A stretch of DNA of 59,839 nucleotides, from IMG/VR virus record IMGVR_UViG_3300022188_000012, positions 1-59,839 of that record, one strand, 5' to 3'. The DNA is from a virus (Duplodnaviria; Caudoviricetes). Within the stretch, counting starts at the first letter, position 1. Every line of letters starts with the position of its first letter. The notes beneath the pieces are model-generated. The model searched no databases. It was not told the origin of the DNA and was given only the letters and a program-made list of their open reading frames with translations. The position numbers and the translations under genes were made by a program. Of the stretch, positions 35,394 to 46,208 are shown in pieces.

Positions 35394-36124
35394 AAGAGTG
35401 GCCTAAAAACTGTTTAATCGGTGTCGCACAACCTTTGACCTGGCCTTACGTTCATTCATGGACACACTTGTCCATGATGGGCATGGATCGCCCAGATCTG
35501 ATCGTGCTCGACACCCCTAGAAGTGGAGATCTTGCGGAGAAGAGAGAGGCACAGACCAAAGCTGCGATCCAAATGGGATGCACGCACATAGTCTACCTCG
35601 ATGCTGATATGGTCTTCCCCAGAGGGGCATTGTGGGACATGATGGAGGTGATTGAGGACGGGCTAGCGGATATGTGCGGGATTGTCTGTTACAGAGGTGC
35701 GCCGCCTTATGACCCGTTGATCTGGGGAAAAGAGGAAGACCGCCTCCTCGTTCCATTCAAAGACTACCAGTTCGGAGACCTCGTCGATGCAGGGGCGACA
35801 GGCTGTGCCTGCTTGATGGTGAAGACATCAATTCTCAAGATCGTCAACCCTCCTTATTTCCAAGTCTGCGAGATCAAGGAGGGAGAGAAGATCATCAAAA
35901 GAGGAGAGGACACCTACTTTACGAAGAAGCTCACGTCAGCAGGAGCAAGGTTAAAGATCATCACAACATACGACATCGGGCATATAAGAGAAATGCTTAT
36001 TGATAGAAATGTTTGGCTCATGGGGTTGCTCATGAGCAAGCTGAAGACTCCGGAGCGAGTCGTCCAGCTTTTGAAACAATTAGAGAAGGAGGAGAAAGAA
36101 AATGGGAACACCGTTGATGGGTAG
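35390..36124 (+). CDS. GT-A fold (GT2-like) glycosyltransferase
   Basis: YLDADM DxD motif, GATGCACLMV, GEDTYF, IGH. Confidence 0.75.
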   Translation: MKEWPKNCLIGVAQPLTWPYVHSWTHLSMMGMDRPDLIVLDTPRSGDLAEKREAQTKAAIQMGCTHIVYLDADMVFPRGALWDMMEVIEDGLADMCGIVCYRGAPPYDPLIWGKEEDRLLVPFKDYQFGDLVDAGATGCACLMVKTSILKIVNPPYFQVCEIKEGEKIIKRGEDTYFTKKLTSAGARLKIITTYDIGHIREMLIDRNVWLMGLLMSKLKTPERVVQLLKQLEKEEKENGNTVDG

Positions 36125-36515
36125 ATATGCTTCAGTGAAGCTTGGAACCGATTTGATCGCCAACCTTGGGAACTGGTCAATTGACATCAACATGGATGAT
36201 ATTGATGTGACTGCCTTTGGAAGTGTTTGGGGAAAGAGTATGCCTGGGTTCCAGAGGTGGACAGCAACGATCGAGGGATACTATGATCCAGCGGACACCA
36301 ATGGACAAGCTGCCCTGCAGGATGACGCCCTTTCAGCCACGAAGATTACGAACATAAGGTTTTACATTGATTCAACTTCTTATTGGACTCCTGACGTTAC
36401 AACGGACTCTGAAGCTGGATGCTACATAAACACAGTGAGCATCAGGCATGATAAGGCTGGGGTCGCAGCTGTAACCTATAACGTTCTTGGCTATGGACCA
36501 CTAACACTTGTGTAA
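36102..36515 (+). CDS. Tail tube (major tail) protein
   Basis: WSIDINMDDIDVTAFG...W...EGYYD pattern. Confidence 0.75.
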   Translation: MGTPLMGRYASVKLGTDLIANLGNWSIDINMDDIDVTAFGSVWGKSMPGFQRWTATIEGYYDPADTNGQAALQDDALSATKITNIRFYIDSTSYWTPDVTTDSEAGCYINTVSIRHDKAGVAAVTYNVLGYGPLTLV

Positions 36516-36532
36516 GTTTCATGATGAAACTT
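36514..36532. promoter_or_regulatory. Phage palindrome AAGTTTCATGATGAAACTT
   Basis: Overlaps tail tube stop codon, upstream of AAAGGAGG. Confidence 0.7.
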
Positions 36533-36546
36533 GCAAAGGAGGCGTT

Positions 36547-36909
36547 ATGCTGAAGCTCAAACGATTCGACAAACCTCAATGGTTTGACATGCCACAGGTA
36601 GAGGGGGTCAGGCTTCTCATAAAGCCTGCCTCCTTCAAAAAGACAACCCAGTTGCTCTCTTCTACGAAGCGCAAGGTTAAAGTTGACGATGAGTACGTAG
36701 ACGTTTACGATGATGGAGCCTTCGCGCTGAAGCTATTCAAAGAGCTCCTGGTGGACTTTGAAGGAGTCGAGGCTGAAGAGGGAATGTCGAAGGATGAGGT
36801 GAAAGAGTTACTGTACGAGTATGAGATCTTCAGGAACTTCGTTTCCGAGAAGGCGAACGATCTCTACAAACAGGTTGAACAAGAACTGGAGAAAGAGTTA
36901 AAAAACTAG
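36547..36909 (+). CDS. Tail assembly chaperone (G)
   Basis: Between tail tube and tape measure; ends in A AAA AAC TAG slippery site. Confidence 0.75.
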   Translation: MLKLKRFDKPQWFDMPQVEGVRLLIKPASFKKTTQLLSSTKRKVKVDDEYVDVYDDGAFALKLFKELLVDFEGVEAEEGMSKDEVKELLYEYEIFRNFVSEKANDLYKQVEQELEKELKN

Positions 36910-37196
36910 ATGAGCTCGCAAGGTGGATCAAAGAAAAGCGTGAAACAAAGTTTTGGTGCGACAAGTGCTTGGAGTTCTATAAGAAGAAAGGCAAGCGTCC
37001 ACCTTGTGAGCAATGTTTCCCAGGGGTTGACAGGGCTAACGTCGACGCTTGGGAGATTTACAAGCTCGTTAGCTTCGAGCAAATGGGACCGACAACGGAA
37101 GGAATCTTGAAGGTCGCAGAACTAATGGAAGTGGAGGACCCTGTTGAGATCTTGTATAAAGTAGGGAGGCTCGTAAGTGCCAGCCAACAGAGTTGA
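36900..37196 (+). CDS. -1 frameshift extension of tail assembly chaperone (GT)
   Basis: -1 frame open from 36900: KKLDELARWIKE...CDKC...CEQC. Confidence 0.7.
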   Translation, partial: KKLDELARWIKEKRETKFWCDKCLEFYKKKGKRPPCEQCFPGVDRANVDAWEIYKLVSFEQMGPTTEGILKVAELMEVEDPVEILYKVGRLVSASQQS

Positions 37197-40100
37197 GTAT
37201 GAGCTGTACATAAGGGATAACGCCACAGGCCAGATCAAGAAGCTGTCTGATGTCCTGGGCAGTGCTGGGGAGAAAGGCGCGAGTGCTGCCAAGAAAATTA
37301 CCAGATACTCGAAGGACGCCAACAGAGAGATGCGCAAGTTGAGTAGTTCAGCCTCCCAATTAGAAAAGACCCTTGGCAGGCTTCAGCGAACAATTGTAGC
37401 ATTTATGGGCGTGTGGGCCTTCAGAAAGATCACCCAGGGATTTGCGGGGCTCGTTCGCTCAGGCATCGAGTTCAATAAAACAATGGAGCAGACCAGGATA
37501 GGAATTGGGGCCGTCCTTGCAGCTCAGACGCGCATCACTGACGCAATGGGGCGTGAACTCCGAGGAAGGGAGAAAATCCTGGCTGCGCAGAAAGTTGCTG
37601 TTAAGATCCAGCAAGACCTCCTTCAGGCAAACCTCAAGACCGCGGCCACATACCAACAACTGATTACCATGTTCCAGCAAGCCCTCCCTCATGCACTTGC
37701 TGAAGGGTTCAGCATTAAGCAGGTTGAAGAGTTCGTGACGGCCATGTCTCAGGCTGCGACTGCAATGGACATCCCTTTGAACATGATGGCCGAGGAAATG
37801 CGAGCAATGCTCAAAGGGACAATCACTGCAAAGAACACCCTCATCGCGACAGCTCTAGGAATGGAAAAGGATGTCATCAAGAGACTCCAAGGACGTTCAG
37901 AAGAGCTCTTCGACTACATCATGGGAAGGTTGCGGGCCTTCCAGCTCTCATCCCCTGACGTACTCTCGACCTGGGAGGCAACCTTCACTAATATGAAGCA
38001 AGCGTTCTCTCAGAGCATCGGTGAAGCACTGCAGGAGTTCTTTGAAGTGAATAAGGATACCATGCGTGAGCTAGCTGACTTCTTTAGATCAGAGAACTTC
38101 AAAGAAGGAGTAAAAGCTCTAGGAGAACTCCTGCTAAAAGCAACTGAACTAGCTGCTAAGATGATTGAGCTTGCTGGAGAGGAACATAAGAAGAATGTTG
38201 TTCCTTTTGAGATACAATCAGCATTAGCTACAGCAGAGGGCAGGCTTAAGGTCCTCAAAGAAATGAAAGAGATAGCTGAAGGTGGCGGCGGACTGAAGGG
38301 GAAAGCTCTCAGACTCTTTGGCGGCGTGGATAGAACGGCAGAGGATTATCAGAGAGAAATAGATCTACTGATAGTAAAAATTGGTCTCCTCCGAGAAGAG
38401 GAACAAGAGTACATCAAGAAGAATAGTGCGTGGTACAAGAAGTTTTTGGAACTCCAGAAGCAGCTTCACAATGAAAGCTTCAAGATAATTGCGCAGACTA
38501 AAGCAGGTGAAGAAGAAAGAGAAAAGGCTCTGGAAGACTATGCAAAAAAACATGTAAAAGTTGTTGACCGAATCAAGAAATCCACCCTCGATGAGACCAA
38601 CTACAAACTCTGGAAACTCAAAGAGTGGTATGAGGCAACAAAGAAGGTCTACGAGAAAGCTGGAAAGGACACTACGGAGCTGAAGCTCCAGTACATTAGA
38701 GAACAGTTAGAGATAGAAGATGAAGCTGCACAAAAGATAGAAAAGATCAGAGAAGACCTCGTAGACAAGACTAAGAAGTTCACTCTTTCCGAGGTCGAAT
38801 ACAAGAAGTGGGCTTTGGCCCAAGAGATCAAAGCCCTTCGAGAAAAAGCAAAAGGAAACAAAGAGCTCCTCGACACCATAGAGCGTTACTACAAAGCTGC
38901 CCTCGCCAACATTGACAAAGAGGCTGCTGAAAAGGCCGCAAAAGCCCGTGAGAAGGCAGAAAAAGAATTCAAGCGAATGCTTGAGCGCATCCAAGATGCT
39001 ACAGCAGACACCCTTTACGATATTTTCACTGGGGCTATAGATTCTTGGAAAGACCTTTGGGACAGAGCAAAAGATTACTTCTTAAGGGTCTTAGCTGAGA
39101 TGGCAGCCAAAGCTGCAATGACCAAGATTATCATCCCAATAGTGACCGTAGCTTCTAGCGGAGGTGGACGAGCCTACGCAGCAACAGGAGGAAACATCTC
39201 TGAGCTTGGACTCATTAAAAGTATTCCTGGCATTGGTGGATTCCTGAATACCCCAGTTCTAGGCACAGCGTATGCTAACAATGTTCCTGGTGCTCAGGTC
39301 CCAACTTGGGGAGGCGTTCTCGCAGCGGCAGGACTAGGCTCTTTTGGATACGGAACTCTTGGAAACTGGATCGGGCTGCCTCAGAGCAAGTATAGCCCTT
39401 TTACATCTGGAGCTGGAGCAGGCTTAGGATTTGCTGTAGGCGGCCCAATCGGAGCAGGCATTGGCGCACTGATTGGAGGAACGCTTGGAGGACTCTTTGG
39501 GCGTGACAAGGTCAAGAAGTTCTATATGAACTGGACTGGCTCAGGGTTCCAATGGAAGAGGGTTCCAGAAGAAGTCCAAAAGTACATCACTGACACAGTC
39601 ACCAAGTACCAGGATGCGCTAATAGACATGCTCGGTGATGCAACGGAGCAAGTCTTCCTCACAGGCGTAAAGCAACCAATCCATGGTGAGGCGAAGTTAA
39701 AAGAAGGCAACTTGAAACGTGGGGCTCTGAACATAATAGAGCGTTATTTTGAGCACGGGTTTTCGCAGATAGACGATGTATTCAAAACTTATTTCGAGGA
39801 GACGCGCTCTCTACCAACAGAACAATATGCAAAAGAGCTAGAACGACGCATCCAAAAAGCTTCTCAATTCGCGAAAGTTGCAGAACGGTTCCCTGAAATG
39901 TACGATGCTCTTACCGAGGCAACTGATAGAAGCATTGACAATATTCTGCAATACTACAATCAGGTCGCACAAATTGAAGATCTTCAAGCAAGTCTCATCC
40001 CAAAATACAAGAGCTTGTCTGAAACAGGGGCAGCTTTGCGTGAATACTATGCGAAGATATATTCTTTGCCCGAAGAAACCCTATCGGAAGAAAATATAAG

Positions 40101-42009
40101 AGCTGCAAAAAAGTGGCTGGAGACAGCTAACCCTAAAGATGTTGTTGACGCTGCTGCATCTATGGGAAGAACGGTAGATGAGCTGATATCTATGATCTAT
40201 AGGCTGAATGATGCTTTAGACAGCCTACAACGCAACCTAACAGCAACAATAAATGCTCAATACAGAATGGCTACACAATTAGGCTCCCCTACGCAGGCTT
40301 ATGGACTAGCGGTCAAATATATAGCTAGCAAGTATAGCCTTGATGTAGCCCAAATAAATAAAGAGTTGATGGATAAAGTTGTTGACTGGTTTATTACAGC
40401 TCCAGCAGAACAGGTAATGGACACTTTGGAAGCTTTAGGAGTAACAACAGATGAATTAGTTAGCGATATTTCACTTTTTTATGATTCCTTAGAAAGGCTG
40501 TCCAATGTTACAAAAACCTCTACAACAGCTACTAATCAGATCGTAGACAACGCAGAAGCCATCCGAAGCACTCTTCTGTCTCTAGCATCATCCTTCTACG
40601 ACGCCTCTACTTATGCGGATTACTTACTATATCAGCTAGGAGAACGATTCAACACCAACTTACAGGGGCTCTCGTTAGAGGCTGTGTCAGATAAAATTAA
40701 AGAAGTGCTCCTCATGTCTACCAAAGACATAGAAAGCATTGCCTCTGATCTTGGAATAACAGCAGAGGAGTACATAGGTACTCTCAACAGCATTTACTCA
40801 GCATTATCTGCAGTTAAAGACGAGCAGGCCAGATTAGCTGAAGAATATAATTCTCTTGTGGACCAATACAGAAACGAGATCATAGACTCACTGCGACAAG
40901 AGCACGAAAGGCTTGAAAGTGAATTTGAGGAAGCCAAGAGAGCATATGTTGATGCTCTACAGTCCACTGTCGACGCCTTAGAAAATGCTGTAAAAGACAT
41001 TAAGGACTACATTGGAGAGCTCTCATCTACTGACGAAATGCTTTCTCCTACTGTCCGGCTAGCCAAGGCTCACGCGATGTTTTCATCTGTGGCAAGGCAG
41101 GCATTGTCAGGGGACACGGAAGCTTTAGCCAAACTACCTGAAGCCAGCAGCGATTTTCTAGAAGCTAGCATGGCAGTAGCCGGAACATGGGAAGACTACG
41201 CTAGAGACTTTGCTGAAGTAATGAAAGTGCTCAATGAGGCACAGGCTCTTGGAGAAAGGGCTCAAAAGACTTACAAGAATGAGCTAGAGACACTAGGAGT
41301 TGTAGCTGAATCAACCGCAGACTTGAAAAAACTAGAATCCGAATACTATGCCGCAAAGAAAGCTTTGGATGAAAGTCTTTACAATCAGGTGGTCCTAGCA
41401 GATGCTCAAAAAATCAGTTGGCTAGAGAAAATAAACGCCACGATGGAAGCGTTCAACTTGAGTGTAATGGAGGCTATCAATAAGGTAGCATCTGATGCGG
41501 CCACAGAGGCCATGAGGAAAAACTCACCTACTACTTCTACTGCTGATCTCTATAGCGAGCTACACTCTGTAGCCCAATACCTGGGCTTGAACCAAACACA
41601 AGAGCAAATTCTTTACACATCACAAGGTGTTGCTGAAGCACTACGACGCGTCAAGGAAAGGAATGAGGCTACAATAGCCTACCTGAACAGTATGCAAGTA
41701 TCAGCAGGTACTGCAGAGTACCTCCTTTCCACGCTTTATGGCAAGATGAAGGCCAGTGGGTTTCAGCATGGTGGAGTTGTAAGTGGACCTGTGACTGGGT
41801 ACACAGTCCCTGTGACTTTTCATGGGAGGGAATATATAACGCCTGAAGAGGGGATCACAGGCCTTAAAAATGAGCTAGAAGAGATCAAAGAAATCCTGAC
41901 CATGCTTATGAATACAAACGGTGACCAGAACAGCTCACTAAAGAAGATTTACAATATAATGGACCGAGTCAACCAAGGGAACACCTATTTACGGGTGAGC
42001 AGCGTATGA
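37177..42009 (+). CDS. Tape measure protein
   Basis: 1610 aa helical protein, Gly-rich hydrophobic stretch, C-terminal FQHGG...HGREYITP. Confidence 0.88.
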   Translation: MPANRVEYELYIRDNATGQIKKLSDVLGSAGEKGASAAKKITRYSKDANREMRKLSSSASQLEKTLGRLQRTIVAFMGVWAFRKITQGFAGLVRSGIEFNKTMEQTRIGIGAVLAAQTRITDAMGRELRGREKILAAQKVAVKIQQDLLQANLKTAATYQQLITMFQQALPHALAEGFSIKQVEEFVTAMSQAATAMDIPLNMMAEEMRAMLKGTITAKNTLIATALGMEKDVIKRLQGRSEELFDYIMGRLRAFQLSSPDVLSTWEATFTNMKQAFSQSIGEALQEFFEVNKDTMRELADFFRSENFKEGVKALGELLLKATELAAKMIELAGEEHKKNVVPFEIQSALATAEGRLKVLKEMKEIAEGGGGLKGKALRLFGGVDRTAEDYQREIDLLIVKIGLLREEEQEYIKKNSAWYKKFLELQKQLHNESFKIIAQTKAGEEEREKALEDYAKKHVKVVDRIKKSTLDETNYKLWKLKEWYEATKKVYEKAGKDTTELKLQYIREQLEIEDEAAQKIEKIREDLVDKTKKFTLSEVEYKKWALAQEIKALREKAKGNKELLDTIERYYKAALANIDKEAAEKAAKAREKAEKEFKRMLERIQDATADTLYDIFTGAIDSWKDLWDRAKDYFLRVLAEMAAKAAMTKIIIPIVTVASSGGGRAYAATGGNISELGLIKSIPGIGGFLNTPVLGTAYANNVPGAQVPTWGGVLAAAGLGSFGYGTLGNWIGLPQSKYSPFTSGAGAGLGFAVGGPIGAGIGALIGGTLGGLFGRDKVKKFYMNWTGSGFQWKRVPEEVQKYITDTVTKYQDALIDMLGDATEQVFLTGVKQPIHGEAKLKEGNLKRGALNIIERYFEHGFSQIDDVFKTYFEETRSLPTEQYAKELERRIQKASQFAKVAERFPEMYDALTEATDRSIDNILQYYNQVAQIEDLQASLIPKYKSLSETGAALREYYAKIYSLPEETLSEENIRAAKKWLETANPKDVVDAAASMGRTVDELISMIYRLNDALDSLQRNLTATINAQYRMATQLGSPTQAYGLAVKYIASKYSLDVAQINKELMDKVVDWFITAPAEQVMDTLEALGVTTDELVSDISLFYDSLERLSNVTKTSTTATNQIVDNAEAIRSTLLSLASSFYDASTYADYLLYQLGERFNTNLQGLSLEAVSDKIKEVLLMSTKDIESIASDLGITAEEYIGTLNSIYSALSAVKDEQARLAEEYNSLVDQYRNEIIDSLRQEHERLESEFEEAKRAYVDALQSTVDALENAVKDIKDYIGELSSTDEMLSPTVRLAKAHAMFSSVARQALSGDTEALAKLPEASSDFLEASMAVAGTWEDYARDFAEVMKVLNEAQALGERAQKTYKNELETLGVVAESTADLKKLESEYYAAKKALDESLYNQVVLADAQKISWLEKINATMEAFNLSVMEAINKVASDAATEAMRKNSPTTSTADLYSELHSVAQYLGLNQTQEQILYTSQGVAEALRRVKERNEATIAYLNSMQVSAGTAEYLLSTLYGKMKASGFQHGGVVSGPVTGYTVPVTFHGREYITPEEGITGLKNELEEIKEILTMLMNTNGDQNSSLKKIYNIMDRVNQGNTYLRVSSV

Positions 42010-43262
42010 GACTTGCTAGGCTAAGCGATATATCATTGATCTATAGCTCCGTCGCCGGTTCAACATATGCCGAGTGGTCATCATCTACGACCTATGCCAC
42101 TGGGGACACAGTAAAGGTTACTTTGGCAAGTGATGGTGTGACAGAGAGAACACCTCATGAAGAGTACGAGTCCCTAGCAGACAGTAACACAGGAAATTAT
42201 CCTCCAGATAATCCTGATAAATGGCAGTTGCTGGGAGCCACGAACAGATGGAAGATGTTCGATGACTACGTTAACACGCAGACGGAGGACACGACGGATA
42301 TAGTAGTTGAGATAGACTCCAGCAACACTAACATTGTCGGGCTCTTTAATCTCCAAGGTGAGACTGTCAGACTGACAAATATCGTTAACACTGAACTGTT
42401 CACAGATGGCGACATGTCATCGGACTCTTTCACGAAAGGCACTGGATGGACCTATGACTCAACGGATGAGGAATATGACTGTGATGGTAGCCAAACAGAG
42501 GATTCACAGCTCTATCAAGACATCAGTGTAACTGAAGACAGCAAGTACATCATAAAGTTTACGGTCAAGAATTACTCAAGTGGGTCTATACGGCCGGTGG
42601 TCGGTGGTGCTGAGGGAACAGCCGTTTCAGCCGATGGTAGCTACACTGAGATCATTACTGCTGGGGCATCTACTGTTTGTGGACTGATGGCTGATAGCGA
42701 CTTTGTCGGGTCCGTTGACGACCTGTCATTGATGCGGGTTTCCAATGATGAGACAACAGAGATCCAACTAGATGAAAGCTACACCCCAGACTACTGGTAT
42801 TACTTCTTTGCAGATTTCACTTATAGAGAGGATTTGGTGTGGTCGTACAGCCTCTACCATAATGCAAAGTTGAGGATCGAGATCAGCCCTCAAAGTGGCG
42901 AGGCCAAATGCGGAATGGTGGCAATAGGAAAGGCCGTTGAGCTGGGGTCCACCATGTATGACATATCAACTGGAATAATTGACTACTCTCAAAAGAGTAC
43001 AGACTCATTGGGTCGAACTTACCTGGCTCAGGGCAACTACGCCAAAAGGGTAAGCCTCACAGGGTGGCTCAGAAATGAAAACCTCGACATAGTGATGCAA
43101 GCATTGGCTGATGTACGAGGCACACCGATAATTTTTGATGCGAACAATGACGATTGTGACTACCAGGCTCTGATCGTTTATGGGTTCATAAAGGACTTTG
43201 AAATTATTATCCCTGGGCCGAACGTAAGCAAGCTAGAAATAACCGTGGAGGGCTTAACATGA
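42006..43262 (+). CDS. Distal tail/baseplate protein with inserted carbohydrate-binding-like domain
   Basis: GATNRWKMFD, GIIDYS; directly after tape measure. Confidence 0.65.
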   Translation: MRLARLSDISLIYSSVAGSTYAEWSSSTTYATGDTVKVTLASDGVTERTPHEEYESLADSNTGNYPPDNPDKWQLLGATNRWKMFDDYVNTQTEDTTDIVVEIDSSNTNIVGLFNLQGETVRLTNIVNTELFTDGDMSSDSFTKGTGWTYDSTDEEYDCDGSQTEDSQLYQDISVTEDSKYIIKFTVKNYSSGSIRPVVGGAEGTAVSADGSYTEIITAGASTVCGLMADSDFVGSVDDLSLMRVSNDETTEIQLDESYTPDYWYYFFADFTYREDLVWSYSLYHNAKLRIEISPQSGEAKCGMVAIGKAVELGSTMYDISTGIIDYSQKSTDSLGRTYLAQGNYAKRVSLTGWLRNENLDIVMQALADVRGTPIIFDANNDDCDYQALIVYGFIKDFEIIIPGPNVSKLEITVEGLT

Positions 43263-45709
43263 CAACAATAGACACTGAGATAAGCCAGTTTCCAACTCCT
43301 CTTCCTGACCGAGACAACGATACACCGAATGAGTTCTCTGATCATGTGGACAACCTGCTCTCGCATTTACCGACGTTCGTAAGTGAGTGCAATGCATGGG
43401 CAGATGAGGTGAATGCGCTTACACCTGAGATTGAGGAAGCCAATGACAGGAGCAACGATCTTATAACATCACTTGCTGGAACTGCTCTTTCTGGGACATC
43501 GTCAACAACTCTTACAGTTGGAAGTGGCAGCAAAACGTTGACCACGGGAACAGGAAAGGAATGGGTTCCAGGGCACAGGGTCAAGATAGCATATCAGAGT
43601 GACCTCACGATATCTATGGAGGGAGAGGTCACCTCTTACAATAGCTCTACTGGGGCTCTTACTGTTGATGTTGATAGCGTGAGTGGGTCGGGGAGCTATA
43701 GTTCTTGGAGTATCTTTACAATACCGGATGTGTGGTCTTACAAAGGGGTGCGCCGTTACAAAAACAGTGCGCTAAGAACTCAGGGCGGACCGTCTTTACT
43801 TCCTCTAATTTTTGGCACATGGAGTGATGTTTTCCAGGGAAAGACGATTGAATCTGCTGAATATTGGGACGGTAGCTCATGGGTAGACTGGTCTAGCAAG
43901 ATCAGTGACCTTCAAAAATTACTTGCTGGAAGACGGGAGACACAAGTTGAGATAACTGAAACTTACCATAAGTTTAGGTTTACTATTGATGCTGGCGAAA
44001 GCTTAAATTTGGGAATTATTCACGTGTTTTCTCACTGGACAACCGGAGGGCCATATCCTTTCACTCTTACCGCAGAGACCTCTTCTGACTTGAGTAGCTG
44101 GACCTTGAGGGCATCAGGTTCTTTCTCTGATGGTCCTTACTACTGTTCACTTCCTGTGGACTATCATGGCACGGAGAATTACTGGAGACTGACGTTCGAT
44201 ATTGACATCCCAGCAGGGGAAACACATCGACTAGGAATGGTCCGTGGGCTCTCTGCAACACACTGGACGGGGGTTTTTAGAGGAATCCCAATCAGTTGGG
44301 ACTGGAGAGGCACTCTTTTTGACAAGAACAACGTCACCACCCAAGCAAGAATCTCAGGCCTGATAGCAGGTGAAGACCTCTCAACGAGGAGTGCTGTAGC
44401 CATTTCTGCTGATGATGGCAAGATCTACAGTTTTAGAACTTTTTCTTCATCCTTCCTGGAAACACTTCCAGAAGAAGCAGCAGCCGAATATGTTGATGTT
44501 GCAGCTCTAGACTCCACACACATTGTAGTAGCGTACCAATCTGCAGCTACTAACTATGGTCGCGTGGTCGCTGGGACTGTGGATTTATCAGGTGATGTTA
44601 CATGGGGGAGCCCAGTTACATTCCAATCTGCTACTACTAAACATGTAAGAGTTGCAGCTTTGAGTACAACAAGTTTCGTAATCAGTTACGGAGTACTAGG
44701 GCATGCCTATGTCATAGCAGGAACAGTGTCAGGTACATCAATCACTCTAGGGACAGCAACGGAGCTGATAGGCAGCACATCTTATAGCACTGATGTGTGC
44801 ATGCTGGATTCTACTCATTTCTTAGCAGGCTACAGGTCTGATGGAAATACATACGCAAGAGCAGGCTCAGTAAGTGGCACTTCAATTACGTTAGGAACAG
44901 CGTACACAGTACGCTCACGCACCTGTGTAGATGGTGACTATGTTAGCGTAACAGCGTTAACCAGTGAACGAGCAGTGATACAGGATTATTCTTTAGATGA
45001 CAACAGCAGTATCATTGAAGCTGTTTTAATAGATCTGGACACACTTGATATATCATCTATTGATAGCACGACAGTAGACTACAGATGCGGAGACGTAGTA
45101 GCTATCAGTCAGTATTACTTTCTGAGTGTACGCCTTGAGAGTAATACATTGAGGCTGTATTTATATCAGCTAGGGGCATCTTCTATAAGTGTGAAAGATA
45201 ATCAAACGATCACAACCGATGTCACCAGTGATATAGTTACGATGGCTAAGGTGACTGATGACAAGGCGATAGTTCTGTTCCGTCAAGACAGTGAGAGTAA
45301 GCTAGTGCTGGTTAGTCGCATAGATAACTCAATTAAATGGTTCAACAGCTTTATTGAAACTGCAATGCCTGCTCCAGGTGATTCTTATGTTGTAAGGGGT
45401 GATACGCTGAACTCATCGAGAATCACCTTAGTGAGCTATAGTTCACTCCAAGCTCAAGATATCAATATGGCCTTCTTTGGACCCACTGGCATGACTTGCG
45501 AGGCTGTATCTAGTGGAGATGAGGTCGATGTGTACAGAGGAGGCATCATCAGTGGATTCTCTGGGCTTACACCAGGGGCAACCTACCACGTTGATGCCAC
45601 AAACACGTTGATGGCTGCTGCAACGGAGGCCGAGCTTGGGAAGTACTATAAAGTAGGTGTGGCAAAGTCCGATACTGAACTTTTGGTAGAGCTAGGAGAG
45701 ACCATATGA
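43259..45709 (+). CDS. Tail fibre / receptor-binding protein with propeller-like repeats
   Basis: Ser/Thr-rich; repeats VAALDSTHIVVAY, VAALSTTSFVISY, VCMLDSTHFLAGY. Confidence 0.65.
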   Translation: MTTIDTEISQFPTPLPDRDNDTPNEFSDHVDNLLSHLPTFVSECNAWADEVNALTPEIEEANDRSNDLITSLAGTALSGTSSTTLTVGSGSKTLTTGTGKEWVPGHRVKIAYQSDLTISMEGEVTSYNSSTGALTVDVDSVSGSGSYSSWSIFTIPDVWSYKGVRRYKNSALRTQGGPSLLPLIFGTWSDVFQGKTIESAEYWDGSSWVDWSSKISDLQKLLAGRRETQVEITETYHKFRFTIDAGESLNLGIIHVFSHWTTGGPYPFTLTAETSSDLSSWTLRASGSFSDGPYYCSLPVDYHGTENYWRLTFDIDIPAGETHRLGMVRGLSATHWTGVFRGIPISWDWRGTLFDKNNVTTQARISGLIAGEDLSTRSAVAISADDGKIYSFRTFSSSFLETLPEEAAAEYVDVAALDSTHIVVAYQSAATNYGRVVAGTVDLSGDVTWGSPVTFQSATTKHVRVAALSTTSFVISYGVLGHAYVIAGTVSGTSITLGTATELIGSTSYSTDVCMLDSTHFLAGYRSDGNTYARAGSVSGTSITLGTAYTVRSRTCVDGDYVSVTALTSERAVIQDYSLDDNSSIIEAVLIDLDTLDISSIDSTTVDYRCGDVVAISQYYFLSVRLESNTLRLYLYQLGASSISVKDNQTITTDVTSDIVTMAKVTDDKAIVLFRQDSESKLVLVSRIDNSIKWFNSFIETAMPAPGDSYVVRGDTLNSSRITLVSYSSLQAQDINMAFFGPTGMTCEAVSSGDEVDVYRGGIISGFSGLTPGATYHVDATNTLMAAATEAELGKYYKVGVAKSDTELLVELGETI

Positions 45710-46197
45710 AAAGGTTGATTTTGTTGTTGATAGCATGGATGGTTTGCGGGGCATGGATGATAGCTAACCCTCAGACAGGGGAAGTGATAGAGTCATCAGA
45801 CGTTCAGGCAGATAGCACAGGCAGTCATTCAGTGGTAGAATTTGAAAGACCGCCAAACTTTGCCCAGATATACTGGGATACCTGGCAGATAATTCTTACG
45901 AACCCCGAAGAGGAGACATTGTTGTTCCGATGGGTAAGAGGGGTTACAGCTTCCCTGGGATATATCAGAACACAAAGAGATTGCGATGATTTCGCTATTA
46001 TAGCTAAAGCTGTCCTGGCTTATGAAGGGTTTGGAAATGCCCTTGGGCTGGTCATAGATTATTCTATGAACCATGCTTACAATTGTTATTGGTATTTGTC
46101 ATTAGATGAAAAGATCGTCCTTAAAAGGTTAGAACCACAAAACCCCTACATTCCAGTACCGTTTCCTATGAATGATAGGGGTATAATTTATTGGTAA
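45706..46197 (+). CDS. Signal-peptide protein with papain/transglutaminase-like Cys-His motifs
   Basis: MKRLILLLIAW; DCDDFA, HAYN, EPQ. Confidence 0.6.
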   Translation: MKRLILLLIAWMVCGAWMIANPQTGEVIESSDVQADSTGSHSVVEFERPPNFAQIYWDTWQIILTNPEEETLLFRWVRGVTASLGYIRTQRDCDDFAIIAKAVLAYEGFGNALGLVIDYSMNHAYNCYWYLSLDEKIVLKRLEPQNPYIPVPFPMNDRGIIYW

Positions 46198-46208
46198 GGA
46201 GGTACACG

